NCBI GenBank assembly: GCA_002269645.1
Contig: NIVC01000151.1
Span: 434,001 to 498,000, forward strand
Source of the DNA: Macrostomum lignano
Lineage: Eukaryota
Direction of reading: 5' to 3'
DNA: 64,000 bases
In this document: piece by piece, positions 19,756 to 31,257 of the stretch
How positions within the stretch are numbered: the first letter of the stretch is position 1
Layout: the number at the start of each line of letters is the position of its first letter
Notes under the pieces: generated by a model
The model's input: only the letters and a program-made list of their open reading frames with translations
The model's database searches: none
Told to the model about the DNA's origin: nothing
Position numbers and translations under genes: made by a program

Positions 19756-20070
19756 TTACATAAAAATTTCAATTTCATTCTCAGAATCACTGGTTTCATA
19801 TGAGCTATTTGTTGATTCAGAATCTATTGATCTAACCTCCCAATAATCTGAATTTAAATAATCTCCAAGTTGAAATATTAACTCTCCCTCTTGTTCTAAA
19901 TCATACATCTCATCCAACTCTAATGGATAAAGTTTTAGATCGTGCTTGTCGTCATATTTTAAATAAACTTCATCAATTATTCCGTTCAAGATATGCTGTT
20001 TTATTATCTCTGCATTTTTAGCAACAGTCTCAAAAGTATCACTAACAGAAAAGGTGTAAACTCGGCTCAT
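19756..20070 (-). CDS. Polinton hypothetical acidic protein (104 aa) whose start codon lies inside the TIR
   Basis: AAAAATG at 20070 (MSRVYTFSVSD...); DEVYL...KLYPLE motif shared with the 19522-19752 ORF. Confidence 0.6.
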   Translation of the reverse strand: MSRVYTFSVSDTFETVAKNAEIIKQHILNGIIDEVYLKYDDKHDLKLYPLELDEMYDLEQEGELIFQLGDYLNSDYWEVRSIDSESTNSSYETSDSENEIEIFM

Positions 20071-20408
20071 TTTTAGTAACAGAAAAAGACCCTTCGCGCC
20101 TGCGGCGCGTGCGACGGGTTCTAGAGAGTTTGTGTGTGTAGTAGTATGTAAAAAGACGAGCACAGATCAGACCTTATTTAAATATGCGTTTTAAGGTCTA
20201 GAGAGGGGGGACACGGGGGACTTGATTCGAAGTGTTAATAGTGTTAGATGTGTTTTTATGTGTTAGATGTGTTTTTATGTGTTGGAGGGTGTTGGAGGGT
20301 GTTTAGATGTGTTCTTTAAATTTCCCCCCGTGTCCCCCCTCTAGACCTTAAAAACGCATATTTTAAAAAGGGGGTTCTGGGTCTGTACTCGTCTTTTTAC
20401 ATACTACT
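20055..20408 (-). repeat. Right terminal inverted repeat of the Polinton
   Basis: Reverse complement of 3464-3817. Confidence 0.97.
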
Positions 20409-20784
20409 GGGGTGTCAGTCTCGTGAAAGTTGGCGCCATCAAAGCAGAACTGGATCGCTCCGGTGGGGATTAGGGAATCTGGTTGCACATATTAAGAACG
20501 GGCCGTTAAGGTTTTTTAGATCGAATGTAACGAGTTTTGGGTTTTGTCACAGGGGCTTTTTTAATGCTAAGAGATTGCAATTATCAAGTATAAGATTGGG
20601 CCAGGCTTTCTTCTCAAGAACCAGTCCGTTCGGGAAATATAGAAATGGAGATAATATTGATCAATCTGATCTGAACATTCGCCGCACATGTTGTCTGTCC
20701 TGCCACTTGCTGGCAGTAGGCGGCCATCAGCTTGCCCAGCCGTCCCTGGCCCCGCACGCACCCGCAGTTGCCCGAACTCCCCCG

Positions 20785-21627
20785 AGATCCGGACCTCCGC
20801 CCCTAGTTCGGGACCTCCGCCCCTAGTTCGGGACCTCCGCCCCTAGTTCGGGACCTCCGTCGCTAGTTCGGGACCTCCGCCCCCTAGTTCGGGACCTCCG
20901 CCTCCTAGTTCGGGACTTCCGCCCCCTAGATCCGGACTCCGCCCCTAGTTCGGGACCTCCGCCCCCTAGTTCGGGACCTCCGCCCCCTAGTTCGGGACCT
21001 CCGCCCCCTAGTTCGGGACCTCCGCCCCCTAGTTCGGGACCTCCACCCCCTAGTTCGGGACCTCCGCCCCTAGTTTGGGACCTCCGCCCCTAGTTCGGGA
21101 CCTCCGCCCCCTAGTTCGGGACCTCCGCCCCCTAGTTCGGGACCTCCGCCCCCTAGTTCGGGACCTCCGCCCCCTAGTTCGGGACTTCCGCCCCCTAGAT
21201 CCGGACCTCCGCCCCCTAGTTCGGGACCTCCGCCCCCTAGTTCGGGACTTCCGCCCCTAGTTCGGGACCTCCGCCCCCTAGTTCGGGACCTCCGCCCCCT
21301 AGTTCGGAACCTCCGCCCCTAGTTCGGGACCTCCGCCCCCTAGTTCGGGACTTCCGCCCCCTAGATCCGGACCTCCGCCCCTAGTTCGGGACCTCCGCCC
21401 CCTAGTTCGGGACCTCCGCCCCCTAGTTCGGGACCTCCGCCACCTAGTTCGGGACCTCCGCCCCTAGTTCGGGACCTCCGCGCCCCCTAGTTCGGGACCT
21501 CCGCCCCTAGTTCGGGACCTCCGCCCCCTAGTTCGGGACCTCCGCCCCCTAGTTCGGGACTTCCGCCCCCTAGATCCGGACCTCCGCCCCTAGTTCGGGA
21601 CCTCCGCCCCTAGTTCGGGACCTCCGT
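20785..21627. repeat. 20-21-bp minisatellite (CCCCTAGTTCGGGACCTCCG)n, ~40 copies
   Basis: Direct tandem repetition. Confidence 0.95.
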
Positions 21628-21931
21628 CACAAATAAACCAAATGAACACCGGAATTTATGTCTGAATATCTTATTTGCCACTTAAATCAACATAAATAAA
21701 AACACGTATAACATTGTTAAATAGCGACTCAAGCGCAAAATTCATTATATTATAATTTATTTAACAGAACTGAAACATGCGTAATGCCATCAGCTTGTCC
21801 AAAATCTGACGAATTCATTCAGTTCAAATAGCAACAATTGTACTGCTAGCAGCGTTCAACAGCACAATACATAAAAACTGCACTGAGGAAATAAACAGAC
21901 AAATACAGAACACGGGGCTGTTATTGATCAA

Positions 21932-24350
21932 TCAGACAGCATTCTCTCCAGCCTCCGACATCGCGGTCTCCTGCGGCTGCTCAACCTGATGATGCTGCTC
22001 CTGCTGCTGCTTGAGCTCCTCCTGGTCGGCCTTGCTGAGGAAAGCCAGATGGCCCTTGTGGCAGGCATTGGCGTAGTGGCCCTTCTCACCGCACTTGAAG
22101 CAGGTCACCTCCGACAGGGGCCGCGGCCCGCCGCCTCCGCCGGCTTCGCTACCGCCGTCTCCGCCAGCGGCGGCCGCTCCACCTGCCTGATGTTGTTGCT
22201 GCTGCTGCCGGGACCTGTTGTAGCTGTTCCGCTGGAAGCCGCCGCCGCCCCGGTGGTAGCGCCGGTTCCGGTTGAGGCCGGGCCGGTGGTAGGGGTGGTG
22301 CTGGCTCAGCCTGTGCTGGTGGTCGCCATGGTTATGCCGGTAGCCATGGTGATGCCGCACTGGCTGGGCGTGGCTTCGCCCAGTGGCTGCGGCGGCAGCT
22401 GCGGCGGCCTCCATGAGAGCGGGGTTGGCGTGCGCGTGCGGCTGTTTGAGCTGCGGGTTGAGCAGCGGGTTGGAGGCCTGCTGCTCGGCGGCCTTGCGGG
22501 CCATGATCTGCTCCAGCACCTCGCGGCGCTCCTCCTCGGACAGCTTGAAGCAGAACTGCACCTTGTGGCCGCGCTCGCCGCAGTGGCGGCACAGCCAGCT
22601 CTGCCTGCGCTCCAGGCTGCTCTCCAGCTGCATCTGGCCCCAGCGCGGGTGCGCGAACTGGCAGTCGGGGCCCTCGGGGCAGAAGCCGTTCAGGTAGTTC
22701 ACGCAGGCCACTCGGCGAACGTGGCGCATCTTGCAACTGGGGCCGTTGCGGCAGAAGCCGCGGTCGTACCACTCGCACTGACGCACCTGTGAGCAGTTGA
22801 TTGGCAGTGAATTGACAACTCTAAGAGATCCTGCAGTGGGGACCAAGCCTAACAGCTACAAGCACGCACACACCCGCTCACACAGGTGCACAGCGGCCCG
22901 ACTTTCTAATCGTCATCGTCATGCACCCTCTGTCTTGAGGACTAGCCCTTGTGGGTGTGAATAGCACGACGAACCCAAACTAATGTGACCACGCACGGGA
23001 ATCGAAGCAGGTGTTGTAGCGCAAGAGATGGACGCATTTACTGCTGACCTGCCCTGCCGCCCCCAGTCAGACATAACTTGAGTAGATAAAGCTACCTTGC
23101 TCCCCCTGGTCAGGCATACTGCAATACCCTAACTTGAGTAGATAAAGCTACCTTGCTCCCCCTGGTCAGGCATACTGCAATACCCTAACTTGAGTAGATA
23201 AAGCTACCTTGCTCCCCCTGGTCAGGCATACTGCAATACCCTAACTTGAGTAGATAAAGCTACCTTGCTCCCCCTGGTCAGGCATACTGCAACACCCTAA
23301 GTTTGAGTAGATAAAGCTACCTTGCTCCCCTGGTCAGGCATACTGCAATACCCTAAGTTTGAGTAGATAAAGCTACCTTGCTCCCCCCTGGTCAGGCATA
23401 CTGCAACACCCTAACTTGAGTAGATAAAGCTACCTTGTTCCCCCCTGGTCAGGCATACTGCAACACCCTAAGTTTGAGTAGATAAAGCTACCTTGCTCCC
23501 CTGGTCAGGCATACTGCAACACCCTAAGTTTGAGTAGATAAAGCTACCTTGCTCCCCTGGTCAGGCATACTGCAACACCCTAAGTTTGAGTAGATAAAGC
23601 TACCTTGCTCCCCTGGTCAGGCATACTGCAATACCCTAACTTGAGTAGATAAAGCTACCTTGCTCCCTTGGTCAGGCATACTGCAATACCCTAACTTGAG
23701 TAGATAAAGCTACCTTGCTCCCCTGGTCAGGCATACTGCAATACCCTAACTTGAGTAGATAAAGCTACCTTGCTCCCCTGGTCAGGCATACTGCAATACC
23801 CTAACTTGAGTAGATAAAGCTACCTTGCTCCCCTGGTCAGGCATACTGCAATACCCTAACTTGAGTAGATAAAGCTACCTTGCTCCCCCCTGGTCAGGCA
23901 TACTGCAATACCCTAACTTGAGTAGATAAAGCTACCTTGCTCCCCTGGTCAGGCATACTGCAATACCCTAACTTGAGTAGATAAAGCTACCTTGCTGTTG
24001 GGGTCGATGTGCTGAAACGGACAGTCCTTGTTGAGGCACTGGCCGAACTTGGTGAAGAAGTAGCACTCGGGCATTTTTGACATGTCAAACTCGTGCAGGA
24101 ATTCGCAGTCGTCGCCCTTCTTGCACAGGCCGCGCAGCCAGTGCTTGCAGACGACAGTTCGGTCGCCTTTGATATGCCGAAACGGGCAGGTGGCGCCCAT
24201 GTGGCAGCCGCCGCGCAGGTAGAAGGTGCAGACGCCGCTGCCGGACTTGTCCATGCCGGGGTAGGGCAGCGGCTGCAGGCCGATCTGCTGCTCCAGCTGC
24301 GTCTCGATGTAAAAATCGATATCGCTGACCTCGGATATGAGATCCTCCAT
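21932..24350 (-). CDS. CPSF4: Cleavage and polyadenylation specificity factor 30-kDa subunit, 2 coding exons (~404 aa)
   Basis: Exons 24350-23991 and 22786-21932 (phase-0 GT-AG intron). Five CCCH fingers ([33 protein letters not shown]; [19 protein letters not shown]) and CCHC knuckles ([16 protein letters not shown]). Confidence 0.95.
23075..23996. repeat. 55-57-bp minisatellite, ~16-17 copies, in the CPSF4 intron
   Basis: Unit AACTTGAGTAGATAAAGCTACCTTGCTCCCCTGGTCAGGCATACTGCAATACCCT; each unit contains the donor-site sequence. Confidence 0.95.
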
Positions 24351-24475
24351 GGCTGGCTCAGTGCCAATAGACGGTTGATAGCTGGATACAGATAGGCAGC
24401 GCCAAGGCAAACTGAATATGCAATAATGGAAGCCGTGAGGAACTGAGAAATCTCCCCTTTAGCAATTTTCGCTGC

Positions 24476-24840
24476 TGCATTGGAGCAGAGAAACACCAGC
24501 ACACGAACTCAAGAAGAGGGTAGAACTATCTGTTGTGCCTCCCCCCAGCTGCATTGGAGCAGAGAAACACCAGCACACGAACTCAAGAAGAGGGTAGAAC
24601 TATCTGTTGTGCCCCCCCAGCTGCATTGGAGCAGAGAAACACCAGCACACGAACTCAAGAAGAGGGTAGAACTATCTGTTGTGCCCCCCCAGCTGCATTG
24701 GAGCAGAGAAACACCAGCACACGAACTCAAGAAGAGGGTAGAACTATCTGTTGTGCCCCCCCAGCTGCATTGGAGCAGAGAAACACCAGCACACGAACTC
24801 AAGAAGGGGGTAGAACTATCTGTTGTGCCCCCCCCCCAAA
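24476..24840. repeat. 72-bp tandem repeat, ~5 copies, upstream of CPSF4
   Basis: Unit ...CAGCTGCATTGGAGCAGAGAAACACCAGCACACGAACTCAAGAAGAGGGTAGAACTATCTGTTGTGCCCCCC. Confidence 0.9.
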
Positions 24841-25865
24841 AAGCAAGTTGCAGGGTCTTAAGACTTGAGAAATTCAATGTATATCCTGGTAAAAAAGGCT
24901 AAAAGGCTTAGTAGCCCTACTGATGAAGAGAAATGAGGAATGGTATCATTATTCCAATTCTGCATATTGAACAGGTTTCTATAGGCATCTTTCTTGAATT
25001 CAATGCAATAAACTTATGATGCCACCCTTTGCTAAGCATATGCCCATTTTTTATGATAGCTATGACAAAAATTAAGAAAATGACTATTGATTTTTTTTAG
25101 ATCTCTAAATGTGGCATGCAAACTGCATTTTAAGTTAAGAGGTAACTAAAAGGGTATAATTTTTTTAACAGGGATACTTTGTATAAACACCTAACTTCAA
25201 TTGAAATGTTCCTTTTAGCTATAACATATATAAAGTTTATAAAGTATATAAACTTGTTCAAATAGACAAAAAAATATATATTATTAATATATTTAATATA
25301 TTATATATATAATAATAGGCCTAATATTATTATTTATATTATATATGTTGTTGTTATATAATTGACATATTATTATGGTCCCATGGGCTACAATAAAACC
25401 TAGGACAGCCTAGGTCTAACTAATAATAATTTTAGCTTAAAGGATATATCTTATCCAACTATTAGATACCTTCAGGGTCAAAATTTGATTTAACAAGCAA
25501 ACAGTATATATAGTAAGTAGAGAAGAGAAAATATAAAAATACATGTAATTTGATTGAGTGTTGATGGTTTGAAAAACTTATACATAGGCCATATTAACAG
25601 AAAGTAGAAACAATATTGGTAGGGGGAGAATGCACATTGGTTTTGTTCCAGTCCAGTTATTTGCAAGGTCAACTAAAATATACAGAGTTTATGGCTAGCC
25701 CTACCCATTGCAATTTGGTTATTTAATGTGGGCTCTCTCATTTTAATGTATGGGGTTTCTAGACAGAGCATATGATTTCTATTGTAAAAATCAATAGCCT
25801 TAATCATTTCATATAGGTTAACATTATAACAATTGTTGCATATATATTAGTAGCTGTTTATTAAT

Positions 25866-26130
25866 CATACATGCGCAACAGTCGGCCGAGTCGAAGAAGT
25901 CGCAAAAATGCCCACCCGAAAAAATAATCAAGTAGTAGTACTAAGTAGCTGACGAGGCATTTTGGCTTAATAAGCCAGTCATAGTTACTCCTGCCGTTTA
26001 CCCAAAATTGCGTTAATTTTGCTTTAGGGTTTTTTTACATGTAAGTCGCATTTTTGGCCAAAAACTACGTCGCATTTTTGTTAAAACTAAGTCGCATGGC
26101 CGACCGAATTTCAGAGGTTGCGCATGTATG
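25866..26130. mobile_element. MITE (hAT/P-like), 265 bp
   Basis: 14-bp TIR CATACATGCGCAAC/GTTGCGCATGTATG and 8-bp TSD TTATTAAT on both sides. Confidence 0.85.
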
Positions 26131-28693
26131 TTATTAATGGCAGAGTTTTTTAGCCAGTGATCTCTAACTCTCATGCATAAGTGTCATTTAGTTTTTCCAA
26201 TATAGGAGATTTTCTAGTCTTCAGAGCAAATAAATTTATATACAACACTTGCCATGACTATGAGAAGACAAGGAACACTAGATTTTAGCCAATAAACTCA
26301 GCAAACTTTTAGGTCAATATGAAACACAACATGGATTTGAGCATTTATTTCAAGACTATGGAGCAGCTTTATAGAATAGCTCTATCTTGAGAGACAGTCC
26401 CTTGATCACTTTACCTTTCTTGGTGGTGTTTATTTGGGTGCAATCCATTTTGGCAAAGGAATTTTTGGCAAAAGATGATTTAGCAAAAGTGAATTTTTAG
26501 TTTAAACAAATATATTTTTTGGCAAAATAAAGTGACCAGTTTGGCAAAAAGATTAGCTACATATATAATTGCAAATATACCACTTAGGTGATTGAGAAGC
26601 TTTTAATAAATTATTCATTGCTACAAATTATTTGCAATTAGAAAATTTAAAAACTCATGACTTTGCTTGTAGCTATGCTATGTACATGTATTAGCCCATT
26701 CCATATAAGATAGACAAATTTGGAAAATAGAAAAAAGTCAATATTTTTGCTTGTCATTGCCTTATCAGCCAATTTTTTTACCAAATCTTTTTTTGTATGT
26801 AATGTATACAATCTAAGAATAAATAAATTATAAAATGTTGGATTAGTATGTTATCAATTGGCAAAAAGTTATTTTTGTAAAAAATTGGACATTTTCTAAG
26901 CAAACGACATAATTAAGTTTATGTACCTTTTAAAAACAAATAGAAAGCTTTAAAAGGTTAAAACAAACTATATATAAAATTATAGTACTTGCATCATCAG
27001 ATAAAACATTAGCAACCATATAATCTATAATATTTTTAATATATTAGTACCTCAGTTACTGAATTGACAGAAAAAAATATGCTACGACCATAATGTTACG
27101 ACCATAAGGCTGCCTTTTCTTTTGTATCTTTGTTGCCTTTTTGAGTTTATATATTCTAATAAAAAAGTATGACTCTAAAGATGTTCTTAGTCAAATTTTA
27201 AAAAAATTATTGCAAAAAATCAAAAATGAAAAATGTTATAAGACTTTTACCTTTTAGTTTCTATATGTCAAAAATCCTATTGTTATGACCATAAGTGCCA
27301 TTCAAGGTCCAATAGCATCTATACTAATGATGATATCTATATGAAACTTTATAAACATATTCTTGACAAAATAATCTTTCATTCAAAATATTGGTTTAGT
27401 ATATTCTATTATTAGATTTCATTTTATAAGTAAAAATAGTCTATCATGTTACAATCATAATTATATGGAATGGTCCCATTCTATCAATAACAATAGGGTC
27501 TATGCAATTGATAGATTAGGGATAAAGAAGTCAGAAGACACCAACGGTATAGTTTTTCATTTCCATTTCCTAAAATTGTGCTTTGAAATCCTTGTAATGG
27601 AATGGCACTTACTAATAAAACAACTGAATTAAACTACAACAAAACTAAAACATGTTATGATAAAATTAAAGCCTTTATAAAGTTGGTTGTTTTTTAACTT
27701 TCTTTTAAAACAACAAAACTTATCACCAACAGCCAGGAACAAATATTTCACTAAAAGGAAATGCTTATCCCCATGGTCCCATGCCGATAATTCCAATTCC
27801 AATAAGCTGCTATGGGGATAAGCTAGAAATTATTGACACAGATCCATGTGGATAAAATTGGAATTAGGCTTGTTGGTATGGGACTGTGGGGATAAGCACT
27901 TCCTCGCCCAAATGGTCATTGTGAAAGTATTTTTTGCCATTATTGACTTTTGCCAAAGTGGGTTAAAACCATTTATTCTAGGCCCCAATTAAGTTTAAAG
28001 AGAATATTGAAAAGCTGTTCCATGAAGACTTAAATACTCAAATCTATGTTGTGTTTCACATTGAAAAGGTTGCTAAGTTTGTCTATAGGCTGAAATCTAG
28101 TGTTCCTTGTGTTTGAAATCCAATGTTCAAAACAAAAAGCAAGTACTAGCTACTAGGCCTAGGCATAGATCTAATTCTAAATTAAAAAAAACAAATGTAG
28201 TATTAGTAATAACTGAATAAGAGATAGGCCCCCTAGTAGATTAAATAAAAATATAAAAAATATAGGCTATGCCTAGGCCTATTAGGCCTATGCCTATTAG
28301 GCCTATGCTTACAGACTACAGTGCACTACACTGATTGAGTCAATCAGTTGATTGATGTCTATGGTTAGGCCTAGTACCCACCTGAGTAGGGCCTATCATA
28401 AGCTAGTTATTATACCATGGCCAGTGATAATAGAGCCTCATATTTAGGGGGGGGGGGTACCAGGCATAGGGCAAGGGGGCATAGGTACCTTTTTAAGCTG
28501 CTAATTAGGGCCTAAAATCAGAAAAGCACTAAAAATTACTATGTGGACTCATTTTCTGGGGGGCACATGCCTTGGTGCAGCAAGCTCCTACCACCCATGA
28601 CTATGACCTTGGCTTTGTGCCTACTAGGCACTTATTCTTGCCTTTTAATGCCATAGACTACATGTAAGCCTGCTTAAGTATGCTTAAGTAAGT

Positions 28694-30157
28694 ATAAGAT
28701 ATTCTATGGGTTTGAGGTCGGTATATGATTAAATCCCGAGAGCCAAAGGCTCAAGAGATTTTTAAGTGAAATAGGCCTACTGACTGAAAAGGCAGTTGTT
28801 ATTTGTCTGGTGACTGGACAACTAGTGATGTGGTTATTTGTCCAGTTACTGGATAATGGCCATGCTTTGATGTTCATCTGGTTAATACTGGACAAATAGG
28901 CTTTTTATTATTTGTCTGGTTAAATTGATAATGCTAAAATATCTGATTTATAGAAACTACAAGGGTGACTATTCCTAGACTTCAAAGACTTCTTACTCAT
29001 ATCTTGATTATTATGTTGTTATACAAGTGTATTTCTTATATGCCAAATTATGCTGAATTGAATACACTGCTTTCTTTCTTATGTTCCAGGTGTGTTTCCT
29101 GTGCACCGAGAATCCCACTAATCGCCACCAAGTTGTTCTAGGGGTAACTTCTGTCCCTACAAATGATGTCACCGCTGTTACCAAAGTTGTTACAGGGCTA
29201 ATTTACTATTCTCTTAAGTGTTCTTCTTAGGTTGGTAGCTGCCACCAAGATTATTCTATTAATAAATTATGAGTTTATCAATATTAGAATAATCTGAAAA
29301 ATGTTTCTTAGAATAGGTCTAAGTATTTAGTCTGAGTATTTAGTCTGAGTATTAGTCTGAGTATTAGTCTGAGTATTCAGTCTGAGTATTTGTCTTAGAA
29401 AAACTGTTAGCCCTGAAAGATTTTACTCTTCTGATTATTCTGGTAGCGTTCTATTATTCTGGTAGCGTTCTTCTTAATAATGGCCTGAGCGGTATTTTGG
29501 CTTACTGGTATATGTATTTCATGTACTTTGCAAGTCCTTGGGCGTTACCGAGATCAGAGGGTCACAGCCTCCGTTATTCTTACACGTCTTACTTCAGATC
29601 TACTTCGCAACTTCTTACTACTCAACACTTTCCTTCTTAGTAGTATATATGGTACACACCTTCATCTACTTCACTCTTACTTCTTAAAGGAATGAATACA
29701 GAAAAACACTTCTTCAATTCTTATTTTCTCGGAACTCTTCTATTTGCTATCAATTGCTTATTGCGAACCGCGATGCGCGAGGTTGCTTCTTCCTCCGCCA
29801 AATTTGCTTGTATTTATACTAATTTTACTCGTAGATTAAAACAAAAATTATATTTGTAAAATATTATGAGAAAATCGTACAGTATAACAAACTATTTACT
29901 TAGCGTTTAGGCACGAATTTAAAAACATTACTCGTACAATTATAGATCGCCCTGCACACTTACATATGTATACTAGTATACAACAAAAAAAATACATGAA
30001 AAGGTCTTAAAAATCTAGAACTAGAATATTCATCACGAAACAAATAGCAATTTAAACAGTTAGCAATTTAACTGGACAAATAGTAAAAAGGCTATTTGTC
30101 CAATCACCGGACAAATAACTGCCGACTAAAAAACCTATAGGCCATAGAATATCTTAT
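28694..30157. mobile_element. Degenerate ~1.46-kb non-autonomous TIR element
   Basis: ATAAGATATTCTATGG/CCATAGAATATCTTAT ends plus imperfect subterminal inverted repeats (TTATTTGTCC..G, GGACAAATA); no TSD established. Confidence 0.5.
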
Positions 30158-30176
30158 TTAAACTACTTTAATTTTG

Positions 30177-30460
30177 GGTAATGGCTAGAGTTCTGGCACC
30201 AGAACCTGTTTTCTAATGGCTATGGATCCGGCAGTATACTGCAAGCAGTTATCTACTAATGAAGTCTGAACATTAGAAGTATCTTGTTTTGACTCTCATC
30301 GTTTCGTTTTGATCTTATCTTGAGCAAAATCCCAATATCAACAACCCGTTAAAAAAATGTTTCTGCTATATTATACACATAAATTGCACTACTGAAATAC
30401 CACTGCCGGATCCATAGCCATTAGAAAATTGGTTCCAGTGCTGGAACTCTAGCCATTGCC
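30177..30460. mobile_element. MITE (Mutator-like), 284 bp
   Basis: ~60-bp imperfect TIRs starting GG (GGTAATGGCTAGAG...GGATCCGGCAGT) and 9-bp TSD TTAATTTTG. Confidence 0.85.
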
Positions 30461-30780
30461 TTAATTTTGTGGGATGTATTTAGATAAATCCCGGAGCCAT
30501 ACTTGTATGTCTATGGTTGAAGTTGGGGATGGGGGTGTGAGGGCAAAGCCCCTGCTGGGGGTTCTTACCATAGACAAAATTTCATTAAGAAATTTCTCGA
30601 GTCACAAAGGAAGAGAAGAAAGAAAAGCTTGCTTATTTAGATACATACAATAATCCTTACAATATGTCCATGAAAGTGATTGATTAAATCCCACAAAATA
30701 AAATCTATGTCAATAACCTTCCTGAAAGTGAGCTTTAAAGTGGTTTAATGCTTTAAACTTACTTTAATGCAAATTAGCGT

Positions 30781-31257
30781 GGCATAGTTCTAGTTTACTT
30801 CGTTATATTATTTAATAATTCTACTTTACTTCGTTATATTAATTTCATGTATTTTCTTGCAATGCCACATGCTACTCGGGACCTGTATCATCACCGATGG
30901 CTGGCTGGCCTATGCTGGGCTACAGAATCACGCAGTGGTAAACCACCGTCTATATTTCATGGATCCGGCTGACCCAACAGTGCACACAAACCACATCGAG
31001 GGGATGTGGGCCCTGGCCAAAAGGCGCCTATGTGCCATGCATGGAATGAGTGACGCGCTTCTTGAGGCCCATCTTGAGGAGTACATCTGGCGCTGCATGT
31101 ACCATAACAACCCCTTTGGCGCCGTGCTGTACTGGGCCTCTGTTTATTATCCTGTTTAGGACTTGACTTGACCTTGAACCTGAAATTGATAGAAAAACAG
31201 GGTAAACTAATTTAATGAAAGGCAGAATAATATAACGAAGTAAACTAGAACTATGCC
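30781..31257 (+). mobile_element. Internally deleted Merlin/IS1595 (ISXO2-like) DNA transposon
   Basis: Perfect 29-bp TIRs GGCATAGTTCTAGTTTACTTCGTTATATT; flanking AAATTAGC duplication; internal C-terminal transposase fragment IITDGWLAY...VNH...HTNHIEGMWALAKR...LEEYIWR (30857-31159). Confidence 0.88.

Larger units (their letters stand above)
3464..20408. mobile_element. Full-length Polinton/Maverick (adintovirus-like endogenous virus), 16,945 bp
   Basis: Termini AGTAGT...ACTACT; 354-bp near-identical TIRs; identical 6-bp TSD GGGGTG at 3458-3463 and 20409-20414; AT-rich, densely coding interior with pPolB, MCP, penton, ATPase, protease and integrase. Confidence 0.98.

Noticed and set aside
21989-22792. 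Plus-strand 267-aa hydrophobic ORF (and similar antisense ORFs over the MCT and BEL genes)
   Set aside because: Antisense to GC-rich coding exons; no independent motifs.
23075-23996. CRISPR-like array (also the arrays at 1362, 20785, 37271 and 43365)
   Set aside because: Head-to-tail identical units without unique spacers, in eukaryotic introns, with no cas genes: these are minisatellites.
27750-27905. Imperfect ~150-bp inverted repeat (GCTTATCCCCA/TGGGGATAAGC)
   Set aside because: Probably a MITE remnant, but no TSD or clear ends could be established.
29050-29900. Possible retroelement gag/ORF1 fragment inside the 1.46-kb TIR element
   Set aside because: Many stops and no recognisable motif.
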